Positions 37,366-47,242 of a DNA stretch of 64,000 nt are shown here, in pieces. Below the pieces are notes generated by a model. It was given only the letters and a program-made list of their open reading frames with translations, did no database searches and was not told where the DNA came from. Made by a program: the position numbers and the translations under genes. This DNA is from Deltaproteobacteria bacterium (lineage in GTDB: Bacteria; Desulfobacterota; Desulfobulbia; Desulfobulbales; JAJRZW01), in NCBI GenBank assembly GCA_024275015.1, contig JAJRZW010000016.1, positions 6,899 through 70,898 on the forward strand. Reading direction: 5' to 3'. Within the stretch, counting starts at the first letter, position 1. Every line of letters starts with the position of its first letter.

Positions 37366-38538
37366 ATGCACAACTTCTTTTTTCACAACCCCTGTAAGGT
37401 CATATTTGGTAACGGTCGCCTGAAAAATCTGGTCCCGGAAGCGGTAAAACTCGGACGCCGGGCCCTGCTGATTCACGGCCAGGCCCATCTTGAAAATTCC
37501 GGCCGCCTGGAAAAAACGATCTCCGCCCTGTCCCGGGCCGGGATACAGACAGATCTCTTCGGCGGCATGGGTCCGAACCCGACCTTTACCGACGCGGCCC
37601 GGGGAATCGACCACGCGCGGGGAAAAAACTGCGACCTGATAATCGGCATCGGCGGCGGCAGCGTCATGGACAGCGCCCGGGCCATCAGTGCCGGGGTGTT
37701 CTCCGGCCGCGACCTTAGACCAATGTTCCACGGCAAGGGGGGAGCGAAAAAAAGGCTGCCGCTGATTCTCGTCCCCACTATTGCCGGAACCGGTGCCGCC
37801 ACCGGCCACGGCATGGTCCTACGCGATGAGGAACAGGAGTTGAAACTGGGCTGCGGCAACGTATCCCTGTTTGCCGATACCGCGATCATTGACCCGGAAT
37901 TGATGCTCTCCGCCCCACGAATCGCCACCGCCAGGGCCGCGGTTGACGGCTTCTGTCACGCAATGGAATTTTTCTGCAACCACAGCGCCGCAGACGCCCG
38001 GCTGCAAAAGAGACTGCTGGCAGCCATGGCCGCGACCATATTCAACGCGGCCGGGGCCGAACATCCCGGCCCGGAGGCATCAGGAGAAATCGCCTGGGCC
38101 GGAGAACTGATAATGAACGGTATGATCACCGCCGGGATCGGCTGGACCTCCCTGCCCCTGCACGCCATTGAACACAGCCTCGGCGGGTGCATGAACAGCG
38201 CCCACGGATCAGGGGTGGCGTTTCTGACCCGCGGCTGGTTCCGCCTACAACGCCAGGACCCGGCGCCGACCCTGGCAGAGTTCTGCCGCCGGGTGTTTCA
38301 GATCAGGGCCGACAACGACCATGAGACGATCATCACCGGAGAAGAATATTTTTCCCAATGGTTAAAGAAAATAAATTGCCCTGTCCCGGCCGCGACCAGA
38401 GAAAACAGGGACCGGGATGACAAAATCATTTCCGGGGCAATAACCCAGGCCGGAATATGGCGGATCCGGGACCTTGATCGGGAGAAAATCGCCGCCATTC
38501 TCAAGGCGGCCCGTAAACGCCCTGGACCACATAGCTGA
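37366..38538 (+). CDS. Iron-containing (group III) alcohol dehydrogenase
   Basis: The sequence shows IGIGGGSVMDSAR (GGGS NAD(P) motif) and the metal His motifs HAMEFF / HAIEHSLGG. Confidence 0.85.
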   Translation: MHNFFFHNPCKVIFGNGRLKNLVPEAVKLGRRALLIHGQAHLENSGRLEKTISALSRAGIQTDLFGGMGPNPTFTDAARGIDHARGKNCDLIIGIGGGSVMDSARAISAGVFSGRDLRPMFHGKGGAKKRLPLILVPTIAGTGAATGHGMVLRDEEQELKLGCGNVSLFADTAIIDPELMLSAPRIATARAAVDGFCHAMEFFCNHSAADARLQKRLLAAMAATIFNAAGAEHPGPEASGEIAWAGELIMNGMITAGIGWTSLPLHAIEHSLGGCMNSAHGSGVAFLTRGWFRLQRQDPAPTLAEFCRRVFQIRADNDHETIITGEEYFSQWLKKINCPVPAATRENRDRDDKIISGAITQAGIWRIRDLDREKIAAILKAARKRPGPHS

Positions 38539-39060
38539 TCCGGCCCTGCTGCCGGAGCCTGCTGGTGACGGCGTAAACCTTTCCGCGCTTGAACCCGGTT
38601 GTCTCTTCAAGCATGTCCACGGTAACGCCGGACTGATTCCGCCCGACGATCTCCTCGATCAAAACCGTGGCAACGTGGGCATTTTTCTCCACCGGGACCT
38701 GTCCGGATACCGGCGCGGCAACGGTCGTTTTTTCAGCTCTTCGTCAATCCGGGCTCCGACACCATAAAGAGTGGCTGCCACATGTGTACACATCGAGGCC
38801 CGGTCGGGGCAGAAACAATCGAAACGGATCTCATTCGGGACAGGGAACAGTCCCTCGCCTGCGACCAGGAAGACGTCTCCCATCGCCTTGGGGAATTTAC
38901 CGGCGAGGGGATCAGACAATGAGCCCGGCTCACCCCGGCACTGTTTTCTTGTGTGGTTCCAATTGGTTTTTTTCACCGGGGCAATCCGGACAACATCACA
39001 GGGCCTGGACATTGTTCCCTGAACCAGGGCGGTTAGCCGCCCGCCGCTTTTCCCGGAAAT
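38501..39060 (-). pseudogene. Disrupted SWIM zinc-finger family gene
   Basis: The sequence ..RLTALVQGTMSRPCDVVRIAP..W..GLFPVPNEIRFDCFCPDRASMCTHVAATLYGVGARIDE carries the CxC..CxH SWIM signature. The N-terminus is cut by an in-frame TGA inside a repeat at ~39060. The reading frame changes at the A6/T6 run (38728..38733) into the 63-aa ORF 38501..38692. Confidence 0.5.
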
Positions 39061-39234
39061 CGCCGTTTTCAGCCGGAGCGGGGACTTGTTACGAGACCAT
39101 CAAAAATGATGAAGATCAGAAAAAACAAACAGCGACATAATAAAAAAAGATTGCAATTACTACGCCAGTGTTATTATTTTCCCCGCAGGGAACAAAAGCA
39201 GCCTTGCCCCGGGGTTCACCGGAAGTAATTCAAT

Positions 39235-39450
39235 CCTGAATCCGTGACGGCTTGGTGCCTTTTTAAGGCTTGAGTAAATGATTGTCCGTTGTTTAATTAT
39301 CCACCCCCCGGCGGTAGATTCACCCCGCCGTCCTACAGGGCGTCAGGGATCAGGCCACCTGTTTTTTCGGCAACTCGTTGATACACTCGAGCATCATCAA
39401 CGAGTTGTCTTCGCGCATCCGGCCAATCCCTAACGCTCACGGATTCAGGC
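39235..39450. repeat. Family C repeat, full length
   Basis: The perfect 13-bp terminal inverted repeats are CCTGAATCCGTGA / TCACGGATTCAGG. Internal parts are TTCACCCCGCCG..GGGCGTC and the hairpin CGTTGATACACTCGAGCATCATCAACG. Confidence 0.8.
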
Positions 39451-39468
39451 AAATGGTATAAAAACGAT

Positions 39469-39822
39469 ATGGGAACACATAAAAACAACAACCCGACGAC
39501 GACCGCGAGAGACAACAGCGATTTTATCTACGAGCAGGCAATCCGGCAGCTACGGCTTGAAGTCGCCCGGGGCCGAACCTATAACCAGGCCTGCCGCTCC
39601 ATCTCCGCCCTTGAAAACAGCATAAAGGAAGTGGTGGAAAATGATTTTCTGAAGATCATGATCGCCGAGAAACATTTCGGCGACGGCAACGGCATTGACG
39701 ACATCGCCCTGTTCCTTGACGTCCCTTACGAAACAGTGGAAAACGCCAAGGATGAAATGCTCGAAGAGGTCGGTGAAGAACTTGCGGCAAGGAAATTCCT
39801 CAAAAGCTCCATGACCCACTGA
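39469..39822 (+). CDS. Hypothetical protein (117 aa); start uncertain
   Basis: This is an open frame only, acidic and helical-looking. It ends 16 nt before the DUF166 gene, so it is probably co-transcribed. No family is recognised and no clear SD precedes 39469. Confidence 0.35.
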   Translation: MGTHKNNNPTTTARDNSDFIYEQAIRQLRLEVARGRTYNQACRSISALENSIKEVVENDFLKIMIAEKHFGDGNGIDDIALFLDVPYETVENAKDEMLEEVGEELAARKFLKSSMTH

Positions 39823-39838
39823 GCCGCGGCCGTTACCC

Positions 39839-40495
39839 GTGCCAGAGAACAAAAAACCGACCCGGATCGCCATTTACCAGCAGAACGGTAACGGCAGGGC
39901 CAAGATCGCCGGGATAAGCCGTTACGGTCATAACCTTGAAATCATCCTGATTGAAGACATTACCGGCGTCCTGCCGGAATTCATCGACGATCCTGAAGAT
40001 TTTGTTTCACCACCACCGGAGGCGGATCTTGTTCTCTCGTTTCTGAAACAACCGGACCTGGCGACCTGGCTTGCCGACCACTGCCAGGAGCGTGAAATCC
40101 CCTTGGTCGCGGCCGGAAGCGGCATTGAAAATGCCATTGCCCCATTCACCTGCTGCGGCCTCGGCCGCCGCGACGATCTGGGCTCATATGGTGACAGATT
40201 CGGAATTCCTGAATTTCGGGTAAGGATGGAGGGAGGAAAGATCAGCACCGTCGAAGTTGACCGCGGTGCCTCATGCGGCGCCACCTGGAAGGCGGCAGAG
40301 GCGGTGATCGGCCTCAGTAAAGAAGAGGCCCTCCCGGTCATCGCCAGGAAGGCCCAGTATTTCTGCGTTGCCAACCCCGCCGCCTTTGACCCCATAAGCG
40401 GCAAAAGCGCCCTGCACCACGCCGGTCATGTCCATATCAAGGCCCTGAAAAAGGCGATCAAATCAGCGCAGGAAGACGTTAATTATTCAAGCTGA
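39839..40495 (+). CDS. DUF166/COG1810-family protein
   Basis: The sequence shows LPEFIDDPEDF..ADLVLSFLKQPDL.., FTCCGL, GIPEF.V......I..V.V.RGASCGATW..A and a C-terminal YFCVANP. These match my recollection of DUF166 Cys-rich motifs but were not verified. Confidence 0.5.
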   Translation: MPENKKPTRIAIYQQNGNGRAKIAGISRYGHNLEIILIEDITGVLPEFIDDPEDFVSPPPEADLVLSFLKQPDLATWLADHCQEREIPLVAAGSGIENAIAPFTCCGLGRRDDLGSYGDRFGIPEFRVRMEGGKISTVEVDRGASCGATWKAAEAVIGLSKEEALPVIARKAQYFCVANPAAFDPISGKSALHHAGHVHIKALKKAIKSAQEDVNYSS

Positions 40496-40526
40496 AGAAC
40501 TGTTTTGGGCCGTGAGGGAAAATCAA

Positions 40527-40985
40527 TCACATGTCGCCGCCCATGCGATGATGACCACGGGAACGCTGACCCATCATCCCCTTGCCGCCACCCATCATAC
40601 CCCTGCCGCCGTGGTCCATGCCACAGGCCTGGCCGCAGGCGCTGACCGGGACACCGGCCTTGGCGGCCTTCTTCCGCAACTGGTCCTGGAGATCAAATAG
40701 CTCACCGGCCAGTTTGCCGACCTTGACATCATCCGGGGCTTCAGCCCGCATCAAAGCCCGCATCCGCATCCGTTTCACCATCATTTCACGCCGCAGAGCC
40801 TTGGTGTCCTCCCTGAACCTGGTAATCAGGCGGGCCTCATCAGGGTCGGGTTTATCCTGGCCGGACATCATTCCCGGCCTCCCCATCATTCCATCACCAC
40901 CGAACCCCATCGCCCCGGGACCGGCAAAGACCGGAGCCGCAAAAAGGATCAAACCCAAGACAGGAATCAAAATGAACCGTTTCAT
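40527..40985 (-). CDS. Periplasmic Spy/CpxP/ZraP-family protein with Met/Gly/His-rich termini
   Basis: The signal peptide is MKRFILIPVLGLILFAAPVFA. The helical core FREDTKALRREMMVKRMRMRALMRAEAPDDVKVGKLAGELFDLQDQL resembles ZraP. The tails read GGDGMMGRPGMMSG and GMDHGGRGMMGGGKGMMGQRSRGHHRMGGDM. The start is moved to 40985. Confidence 0.6.
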   Translation of the reverse strand: MKRFILIPVLGLILFAAPVFAGPGAMGFGGDGMMGRPGMMSGQDKPDPDEARLITRFREDTKALRREMMVKRMRMRALMRAEAPDDVKVGKLAGELFDLQDQLRKKAAKAGVPVSACGQACGMDHGGRGMMGGGKGMMGQRSRGHHRMGGDM

Positions 40986-41137
40986 AGCGCGTACCTCCAT
41001 ATTGTTAAGTTCGTGTCGGCGCGAAAAGACAATTTATCGCCAGGCACAAGTTAAAACAACCATGACCATTACAGGTTACAACTTGACGAAGGATGATGCC
41101 ATAAAATCAGCCGCGACCTTCGCCGGCCAAGCACCCT

Positions 41138-42397
41138 TCACTCCCGTTCCCGCCGTACTTTCGCCCCGACCCGGCACAATTTCTCCTCTAACCTTGAATA
41201 GCCGCGGTCAAGGTGATAAAGACGCGATATCTCGGTAATACCGCTCGCGGCAAGCCCGGCCACCACCAGCGAGGCGCTGGCCCGGAGGTCGGTGGCCATG
41301 ACGTGGGCACCGTGGAGATTACTGTTGCCGCGGACCACGGCGCTATGTCCGTCAATGGAGATATCAGCGCCGAGACGCCGGAGTTCGGCAACGTGCATGA
41401 AACGATTTTCAAATATGGTCTCGGTGATAATACTGGTGCCTCGGGCCATGGTCATCAAGGCCATGAACTGGGCCTGGAGATCAGTGGGAAAACCGGGATA
41501 GGGCATGGTCTTTACATCAACCGCCTTTAACTCCGACCCGTTTCTCCTCACCCCTATCCAGTCATCTCCATGGTCGATATCGATCCCGGCGAGATGTAGT
41601 TTTTCCGTCAGGGCCGGAAGATGACCGGGACAGCAGTCCATGATCTTCACCTCGCCACCGACCGCGGCCGCGGCCAGCATAAAGGTCCCGGTCTCAATCC
41701 GGTCGGGAATAACCGCCGCCCTGGCGGCGGAGAGTTCATCCACCCCGACGACCTCAAGAATATCGCTGTCACGGCCGCTGATCTTCGCCCCCATATTCAC
41801 CAGCATATCAATAAGGTTGGCGATCTCCGGTTCCCGGGCGGCATTTTTTATCAGGGTGGTCCCCCGGGCCATAACCGCGGCCATGAGGATGTTTTCGGTG
41901 CCGGTGACACTGGGGATATCAAAATATACCGTAGTGCCGCTGAGCCTTTGCGCCCGACCGTCGACATAACCTTCATCAAGGAAGAATTCAGTCCCAAGGG
42001 CGGCGAGACCGGCGGTATGAAAGTTAATCGGCCGGGCGCCGATGGCACAGCCACCGGGAAGAGATACCCGGGCCCGGCCAAGACGGGAGAGCAGCGGGCC
42101 GAGTACCAGCACCGAGGCCCGCATGGTCTTGACCAGCTCATATGAGGCCTCGAAATTATCAACCGTATCGGCGTTCAGCCACAACGTCCCATCATCGTCA
42201 CGATGCCAGCTGACCCCGAAACCCTCAAGAAGCTTGAGCATCGTCCGGGTATCGCGCAGGTCGGGGACATTGACAAGACAATGGGTCCCCGGAGCAAGAA
42301 GGGTCGCAGCAAGAAGCGGCAGGGCCGCGTTTTTGGCCCCATCAACCCTGATTTCACCGGAGAGCCGATGTCCCCCCTCAATTATAAGTTTATCCAT
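41138..42397 (-). CDS. murA: UDP-N-acetylglucosamine 1-carboxyvinyltransferase
   Basis: The sequence shows [34 protein letters not shown] and [11 protein letters not shown] (active-site Cys). Confidence 0.95.
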   Translation of the reverse strand: MDKLIIEGGHRLSGEIRVDGAKNAALPLLAATLLAPGTHCLVNVPDLRDTRTMLKLLEGFGVSWHRDDDGTLWLNADTVDNFEASYELVKTMRASVLVLGPLLSRLGRARVSLPGGCAIGARPINFHTAGLAALGTEFFLDEGYVDGRAQRLSGTTVYFDIPSVTGTENILMAAVMARGTTLIKNAAREPEIANLIDMLVNMGAKISGRDSDILEVVGVDELSAARAAVIPDRIETGTFMLAAAAVGGEVKIMDCCPGHLPALTEKLHLAGIDIDHGDDWIGVRRNGSELKAVDVKTMPYPGFPTDLQAQFMALMTMARGTSIITETIFENRFMHVAELRRLGADISIDGHSAVVRGNSNLHGAHVMATDLRASASLVVAGLAASGITEISRLYHLDRGYSRLEEKLCRVGAKVRRERE

Positions 42398-42415
42398 GCC
42401 ATGCCTCAATCCCTG

Positions 42416-43294
42416 TCACTTTGTTTCTCTGGCACCCGGCCGGGATTTCCCAACCAGCACCCGGGGAATCCCGGCCAGGTCGGAAACCACCGCCGCGGCA
42501 GCGCACCATTGGCGTCCGCGAACCATCCCGAGGACCATTTCCGCCTGGGAAAAACCTATCTCCATGAAAAAATCCCCCGACGCCGCAAGAATCCGGTTAA
42601 GAGAATCAAGGATAAGCCTGATATCGTCGAACCCGGCAACGCCGGAAAAAAGCGCGATTTCCGGTTCGTAAAACAGTTCCGGTGCCAGGGTGTCGCGGTC
42701 TTTTTCCGCGACATAAGGCGGGTTTGCGACCACGAGGTCAAAGACGCGGTCAAGCGCCGTCCCCCAGTCTCCCCGCACAAGCGTGACCCGATCACTGACC
42801 CCGTGACGACGGCAATTGACAGCGGCAAAGCCCAGCGCCGCTTCGGAACAATCAACCGCTACCACGGTGGCGGCGGGAAACTCACGCGCCAGAACCACAC
42901 TCAGGATACCGCTACCGCAGCCAAGATCAAGGATTATGCCGGCAAATCCCCGGTCATGACGGGCCAGTACCGCCTCGACCAGGGTTTCCGTCTCCGGCCG
43001 CGGCACAAGAACCCCGGGACCGACCTTAAAATCAAGGGACCAGAACTCTTTTACCCCCAGGATATAGGCCATGGGTTCACGGTCGAGACGACGTTTGAGA
43101 AGAAGCTCAAACCCGGCGATACGCTCATCGTCAAGGGACAGCGGCTCAAGGGCCATCAGATGACGGTCAACCCCGAGACAATGAGAGAGCAGAAGCTGGG
43201 CCTCAAACAGGGGCTGGTCAATCCCGGCCCTTGCCAGGCTTGCGGCAGCAGTGGCGATGAGGCTATCAGATGTGTTTTCAGCCGCAACAGCCAT
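42416..43294 (-). CDS. prmC: Release-factor glutamine N5-methyltransferase
   Basis: The sequence shows ILDLGCGSGIL, VANPPYV (NPPY) and EP..AL.GG. The start is moved to M31 (43294), just after the prfA stop. Confidence 0.9.
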   Translation of the reverse strand: MAVAAENTSDSLIATAAASLARAGIDQPLFEAQLLLSHCLGVDRHLMALEPLSLDDERIAGFELLLKRRLDREPMAYILGVKEFWSLDFKVGPGVLVPRPETETLVEAVLARHDRGFAGIILDLGCGSGILSVVLAREFPAATVVAVDCSEAALGFAAVNCRRHGVSDRVTLVRGDWGTALDRVFDLVVANPPYVAEKDRDTLAPELFYEPEIALFSGVAGFDDIRLILDSLNRILAASGDFFMEIGFSQAEMVLGMVRGRQWCAAAAVVSDLAGIPRVLVGKSRPGARETK

Positions 43295-43298
43295 AAGT

Positions 43299-44378
43299 TT
43301 ACCGCCGGGGTAACTCCTCAAATTTGAGGGCCTCAGCCTGGTAATGCGCGGCCAGTGGAACAAGGAGTTCATCCAGTTTACCAATCATGATCTCATCAAG
43401 ACGGTAGATGGTCAGATTGATCCGGTGGTCGGTCACCCGACTCTGGGGGAAATTATAGGTCCGGATCCGTTCGCTGCGATCACCGCTGCCGATCTGACTC
43501 TTACGATCAGCCGAGATCAGATCATGCTGGGCTCTTTTTTTCAGATCAAGCAAACGGGCGGCCAGAACTTTCATCGCCTTGGCCTTGTTTTTGTGCTGCG
43601 ATTTCTCATCCTGACAGGTGACAATGAGACCGGTGGGAATATGGGTGATACGGATGGCCGAATCGGTGGTATTGACACTCTGGCCCCCGGGACCGGAAGA
43701 ACGGAAGACATCGATCCGAATCTCGTTTGGATCGAGATCAACCTCCACCTCCTCGGCCTCGGGCAATACCGCCACAGTTACCGCCGAGGTATGCACCCGC
43801 CCCTGAGTCTCGGTCTCCGGGACCCTCTGCACCCGATGGACTCCGGACTCATATTTCAAATGACTGTAGACCCTGTCACCGATGACAAGGGCAATAACCT
43901 CCTTGAAACCGCCGATTCCGGTGGGGTTGGCACTCATTATCTCAACCCGCCACCCCATTGACTCGGCATAGCGGGAGTACATCCGGAAAAGATCACCGAC
44001 AAAAAGTGCGGCCTCATCCCCGCCGGTTCCGGCCCTGATCTCAAGCAGGGTGTTTTTTTCATCGTTGGGGTCCGACGGCAGAAGCATGAGTTTGAGTGAA
44101 TGTTCAAGTTCACCCTGCGCCGCGGAAAGCTCGGCGATCTCGGCCCGGATCAGCTCAAGCATCTCCTCATCGGTCTCGCCTTTAAGCAGGGATTGATTGT
44201 CGGCAATCTCGGCCGCAACGCGTTTAAAGGCGGAGTACCCTTCCTCCATCCGGGAAAGACGCGCGTGTTCACGAGCCAGTTCACTGTACTCCTGCCGGTT
44301 TGAGGCCAGGTCAGGAGAGGCAAGCCTTGACTCAAGCTCGGCAAGACGTTCGGAGAGATTTTCAAAACGGGTAAACAT
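43299..44378 (-). CDS. prfA: Peptide chain release factor 1
   Basis: The PET/PxT-region is present, the GGQ motif reads [21 protein letters not shown], and the length is 359 aa. Confidence 0.97.
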   Translation of the reverse strand: MFTRFENLSERLAELESRLASPDLASNRQEYSELAREHARLSRMEEGYSAFKRVAAEIADNQSLLKGETDEEMLELIRAEIAELSAAQGELEHSLKLMLLPSDPNDEKNTLLEIRAGTGGDEAALFVGDLFRMYSRYAESMGWRVEIMSANPTGIGGFKEVIALVIGDRVYSHLKYESGVHRVQRVPETETQGRVHTSAVTVAVLPEAEEVEVDLDPNEIRIDVFRSSGPGGQSVNTTDSAIRITHIPTGLIVTCQDEKSQHKNKAKAMKVLAARLLDLKKRAQHDLISADRKSQIGSGDRSERIRTYNFPQSRVTDHRINLTIYRLDEIMIGKLDELLVPLAAHYQAEALKFEELPRR

Positions 44379-44457
44379 TAGTGATGGCAGCTAAAAAAGA
44401 TGAACAAAAATGTCAGTGATCAATAAACCCCACCCATGGGGAAGACACCCCACAGTC

Positions 44458-44581
44458 TTAACAGACTGCTGACCAAAACAAGTTCCGGCCAACCTCTCGA
44501 TTTTATTGTTTTTTTCAAACCAAATAAAATCGACGGCGCGTCCATGCGCCGCGACAAGCCCGTTTTTCAACGGACTGTTAA
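44458..44581 (-). repeat. Family A repeat lacking module 5 (reverse orientation)
   Basis: The sequence is TTAACAGACTGCTGACCAAAACAAGTTCCGGCCAACCTCTCGATTTT...CGACGGCGCGTCCATGCGCCGCGACAAGCCCGTTTTTCAACGGACTGTTAA, with TTAA at both ends. Confidence 0.8.
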
Positions 44582-44601
44582 GGGATTCAGAGAGCGCTTA
44601 C

Positions 44602-44638
44602 AAAAAAAAGGGCCGGGACGGCAAAGCCACCCGACCCT
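44602..44638 (-). terminator. Intrinsic terminator downstream of rpmE
   Basis: On the minus strand the hairpin is GGGTCGGGTGGC-TTT-GCCGTCCCGGCCC (12 bp, one bulge, one G-U), followed by T8. Confidence 0.75.
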
Positions 44639-44663
44639 GAATTCACAGAAAAAAAAGGGGCTG

Positions 44664-44885
44664 TTACTTCTTATCCTTTCCGGCAAAGTGGCTGGCGTAT
44701 TTACGATTAAACTTCTCGATTCGCCCGGCGGTATCGACCAACTTCTGCTTGCCGGTAAAAAACGGGTGGCAGGCGGAACAGATTTCAGTGCGGATCTCCG
44801 TGTCAACCGAGCCAAGTTCAATCTTATTACCGCAGGCGCAGGTAGCGGTAATCTTATTATATTGGGGATGAATAGATTCCTTCAT
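44664..44885 (-). CDS. rpmE: 50S ribosomal protein L31 (Zn-ribbon type)
   Basis: The sequence is [27 protein letters not shown]...[13 protein letters not shown]. Confidence 0.95.
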   Translation of the reverse strand: MKESIHPQYNKITATCACGNKIELGSVDTEIRTEICSACHPFFTGKQKLVDTAGRIEKFNRKYASHFAGKDKK

Positions 44886-44933
44886 GGGATTTCCTCCGAA
44901 AACATTTATCTTATCACTGTAAAGAACCTTACG

Positions 44934-44961
44934 ATTATAGCCGTATCTTTTGATTTTGCAA
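44934..44961 (-). promoter_or_regulatory. Candidate sigma-70 promoter for rpmE
   Basis: On the minus strand the boxes are TTGCAA-N16-TATAAT, ~45 nt upstream of the rpmE ATG, which is preceded by GGAGGAAA. This is a sequence match only. Confidence 0.45.
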
Positions 44962-44976
44962 GAAATTTAGCCGCCC

Positions 44977-45071
44977 GTTCAAAAAGCCGTCCATGACTTT
45001 AAAGACTCTGACCGGCCCAAACAAGATCCGGCCAACTTCTTGATTTAACCGGGTTTTTCAACGGACTTACA
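44977..45071 (-). repeat. Family A repeat, partial and degenerate
   Basis: The sequence is GTTCAAAAAGCCGTCCATGACTTTAAAG..GGCCCAAACAAGATCCGGCCAACTTCTTGATTTAACCGGGTTTTTCAACGGACTTAC. Confidence 0.65.
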
Positions 45072-45081
45072 GAAGAACAGA

Positions 45082-46338
45082 TCAGCCGTTCATGGAATCG
45101 TAGAATTCGGCATTGGAACGGGTTCCGCGCATCTTGTCCTTGAGAAACTCCATCGCGTCGATGGAGTTCATATTAGAGAGGACCTTACGCAGTATCCATA
45201 CCCGGTGAAGCTCGTCCCTGGTCATCAAAAGTTCTTCCTTACGGGTCCCGGACTTATTGATATCCATGGCCGGAAATACCCGACGGTCGGCGAGTTTACG
45301 ATCAAGGACGATCTCCATATTACCAGTGCCCTTGAACTCTTCAAAGATAACCTCGTCCATGCGGCTGCCGGTCTCAACCAGGGCCGAGGCGATAATCGTC
45401 AGGCTACCGCCCTCCTCAATATTACGGGCGGCGCCGAAAAAACGTTTGGGGCGGTGGAGGGCGTTTGAATCAACTCCGCCGGAAAGGATCTTGCCGCTGG
45501 GAGGAACCACGGTATTATAGGCCCGGGCCAGACGGGTAATGGAATCAAGGAGGATAACCACGTCTTTCTTATGCTCAACCAGACGCCGGGCCTTATTGAT
45601 AACCATCTCGGCCACCTGAATATGCCGCTGCGGCGGTTCATCAAAGGTTGAGCTGATCACCTCGGCGTTGACGCTGCGGGCCATGTCGGTGACCTCTTCC
45701 GGACGTTCGTCAATCAGCAGGACAATCATCACCACCTCTTTATGATTGGCGAGGATGGCGTTGGCGATATCCTTGATCAACACCGTTTTGCCGCTGCGGG
45801 GCGGAGCGACGATCAACCCCCGCTGTCCCTTGCCGATGGGAGAGATCATGTCCATGACCCGCATCGACATATTCTTCGGGTCGTGTTCGAGCTTTAGACG
45901 CTCATTAGGATGCAGGGGGGTCAGGTTGGCAAACAGGGTCTTATCGCGGCATTTTTCCGGCCCCTCTAAGTTAACCTTGTCGACCTTGAGGAGGGCGAGA
46001 TAACGCTCGCCATCCTTAGGGGAGCGCACCGGTCCCTCGACCGTATCGCCGGTCTTGAGATTAAGGCGTCTGATCTGCGAGGGGGAGACGTAGATATCGT
46101 CAGGCCCCGGAAGATAATTAAAATCAGGGGCGCGGAGAAAGCCAAAACCGTCGGGCAGGATCTCAAGGACGCCGCTGCCGCGGTTTTCCCCGTTTTTTTC
46201 CTGCTTCTTTGACTGGGCGTTGACAATGGCGAAGATCAACTCCTGTTTCCTCAGACCGCTGAACCCTTCAATATTCAGATCGCGGGCCATATGGGTCAAT
46301 TCACGGATCTTCTTGTTCTTCAGTTCCGACAAATTCAT
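45082..46338 (-). CDS. rho: Transcription termination factor Rho
   Basis: The sequence shows [25 protein letters not shown], the cold-shock-like RNA-binding domain, Walker A PPRSGKT and the C-terminal RK...MN. Confidence 0.97.
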   Translation of the reverse strand: MNLSELKNKKIRELTHMARDLNIEGFSGLRKQELIFAIVNAQSKKQEKNGENRGSGVLEILPDGFGFLRAPDFNYLPGPDDIYVSPSQIRRLNLKTGDTVEGPVRSPKDGERYLALLKVDKVNLEGPEKCRDKTLFANLTPLHPNERLKLEHDPKNMSMRVMDMISPIGKGQRGLIVAPPRSGKTVLIKDIANAILANHKEVVMIVLLIDERPEEVTDMARSVNAEVISSTFDEPPQRHIQVAEMVINKARRLVEHKKDVVILLDSITRLARAYNTVVPPSGKILSGGVDSNALHRPKRFFGAARNIEEGGSLTIIASALVETGSRMDEVIFEEFKGTGNMEIVLDRKLADRRVFPAMDINKSGTRKEELLMTRDELHRVWILRKVLSNMNSIDAMEFLKDKMRGTRSNAEFYDSMNG

Positions 46339-46469
46339 CTACCTGCTTCCTCCTGAAATAACAGCTCCGAAAAGCGGTCCGGTTAAAATTACCGCCTGGA
46401 ACCAATTTGTGGCATCAGGAATCCCCGACGCCAGCTTGTTTATTTTACAAATCCCGAAACAATAGAATC

Positions 46470-46625
46470 TAACAGACCGTTGAAAAAGCCGTCCATGGCT
46501 TTTTCAGCTCCGGTTGACCAAAACGAGATCCGGCCAACCTCTCAATTTAACCTGGGTTTTCAACCCGACAAAATCGGCGGCGCGGACATCAGCCGCGTAC
46601 AACCCGTTTTTCCATGGACTGCTAA
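46470..46625 (-). repeat. Family A repeat, full length (reverse orientation)
   Basis: It runs TAACAGACCGTTGAAAAAGCCGTCCATGGCTTTTTCAGC..GGTTGACCAAAACGAGATCCGGCCAACC..GGCGGCGCGGACATCAGCCGCG..CCCGTTTTTCCATGGACTGCTAA. Confidence 0.85.
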
Positions 46626-46726
46626 ACTTTCCAGGCTATCTTAATCTGTTAAGTATACGGCTTAATCTGACAATACGTCCAAAGCCCTTCCGGGCTTGAC
46701 CGGCATCCGGTAAACCTTGACGAAAC

Positions 46727-46900
46727 CGTAACAAGTCTCCGCGGAGGCGTCTTCGACGATTTCCTGGAAAAGCGCCGGGCGGCGGAGTGGGTTAAGAAAT
46801 CACGCATATTTGAGGAGTTATCCCGAGTTCGGGATTTCAGCGGCCCGCCGCCCGCTGCCTGGGAATCGTCGTTTTTTCCCCGGAACGGGGAGTTACGAGT
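46727..46900 (+). repeat. Family E repeat
   Basis: See 22050..22232. The flanks are GTAACAAGT / GTTACGAGT. Confidence 0.65.
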
Positions 46901-47242
46901 CCATCAACCTTGAAAGGACTTTAAATCCTGGATCCCGGCTAAAAGCATGCCGAAAAGACGAATTACAATTTACTTCTTTACTATAATACCCTGAAACCCA
47001 AGTCGAAAACTTGAGATAGAGTGTTCTCCAAAAGACAGGAACAGGAGACAAACTGCTCTATAAACTCCTCTGGGATAAACCTGCCGGAAAGGCGTGAAAG
47101 CCATGACAGATAAAAACGAATACCTGCTTCAAAGTTTATAATGTGGAAAATAGATGAGATGAAATTATTGTAGAATGAAATATTTATATTTTCTCGGGCC
47201 GGGGGTTGTCAAGCTTTTTATCGCCAGAGATGGAATCAGGGG

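Noticed and set aside
41030-41050. Sigma-54-like CTGGCGATAAATTGTC upstream of the Spy/ZraP-like gene (minus strand).
   Set aside because: The spacing between GG and the TTG element is one nt short, and the -12 GC is GT. That is too weak to call.
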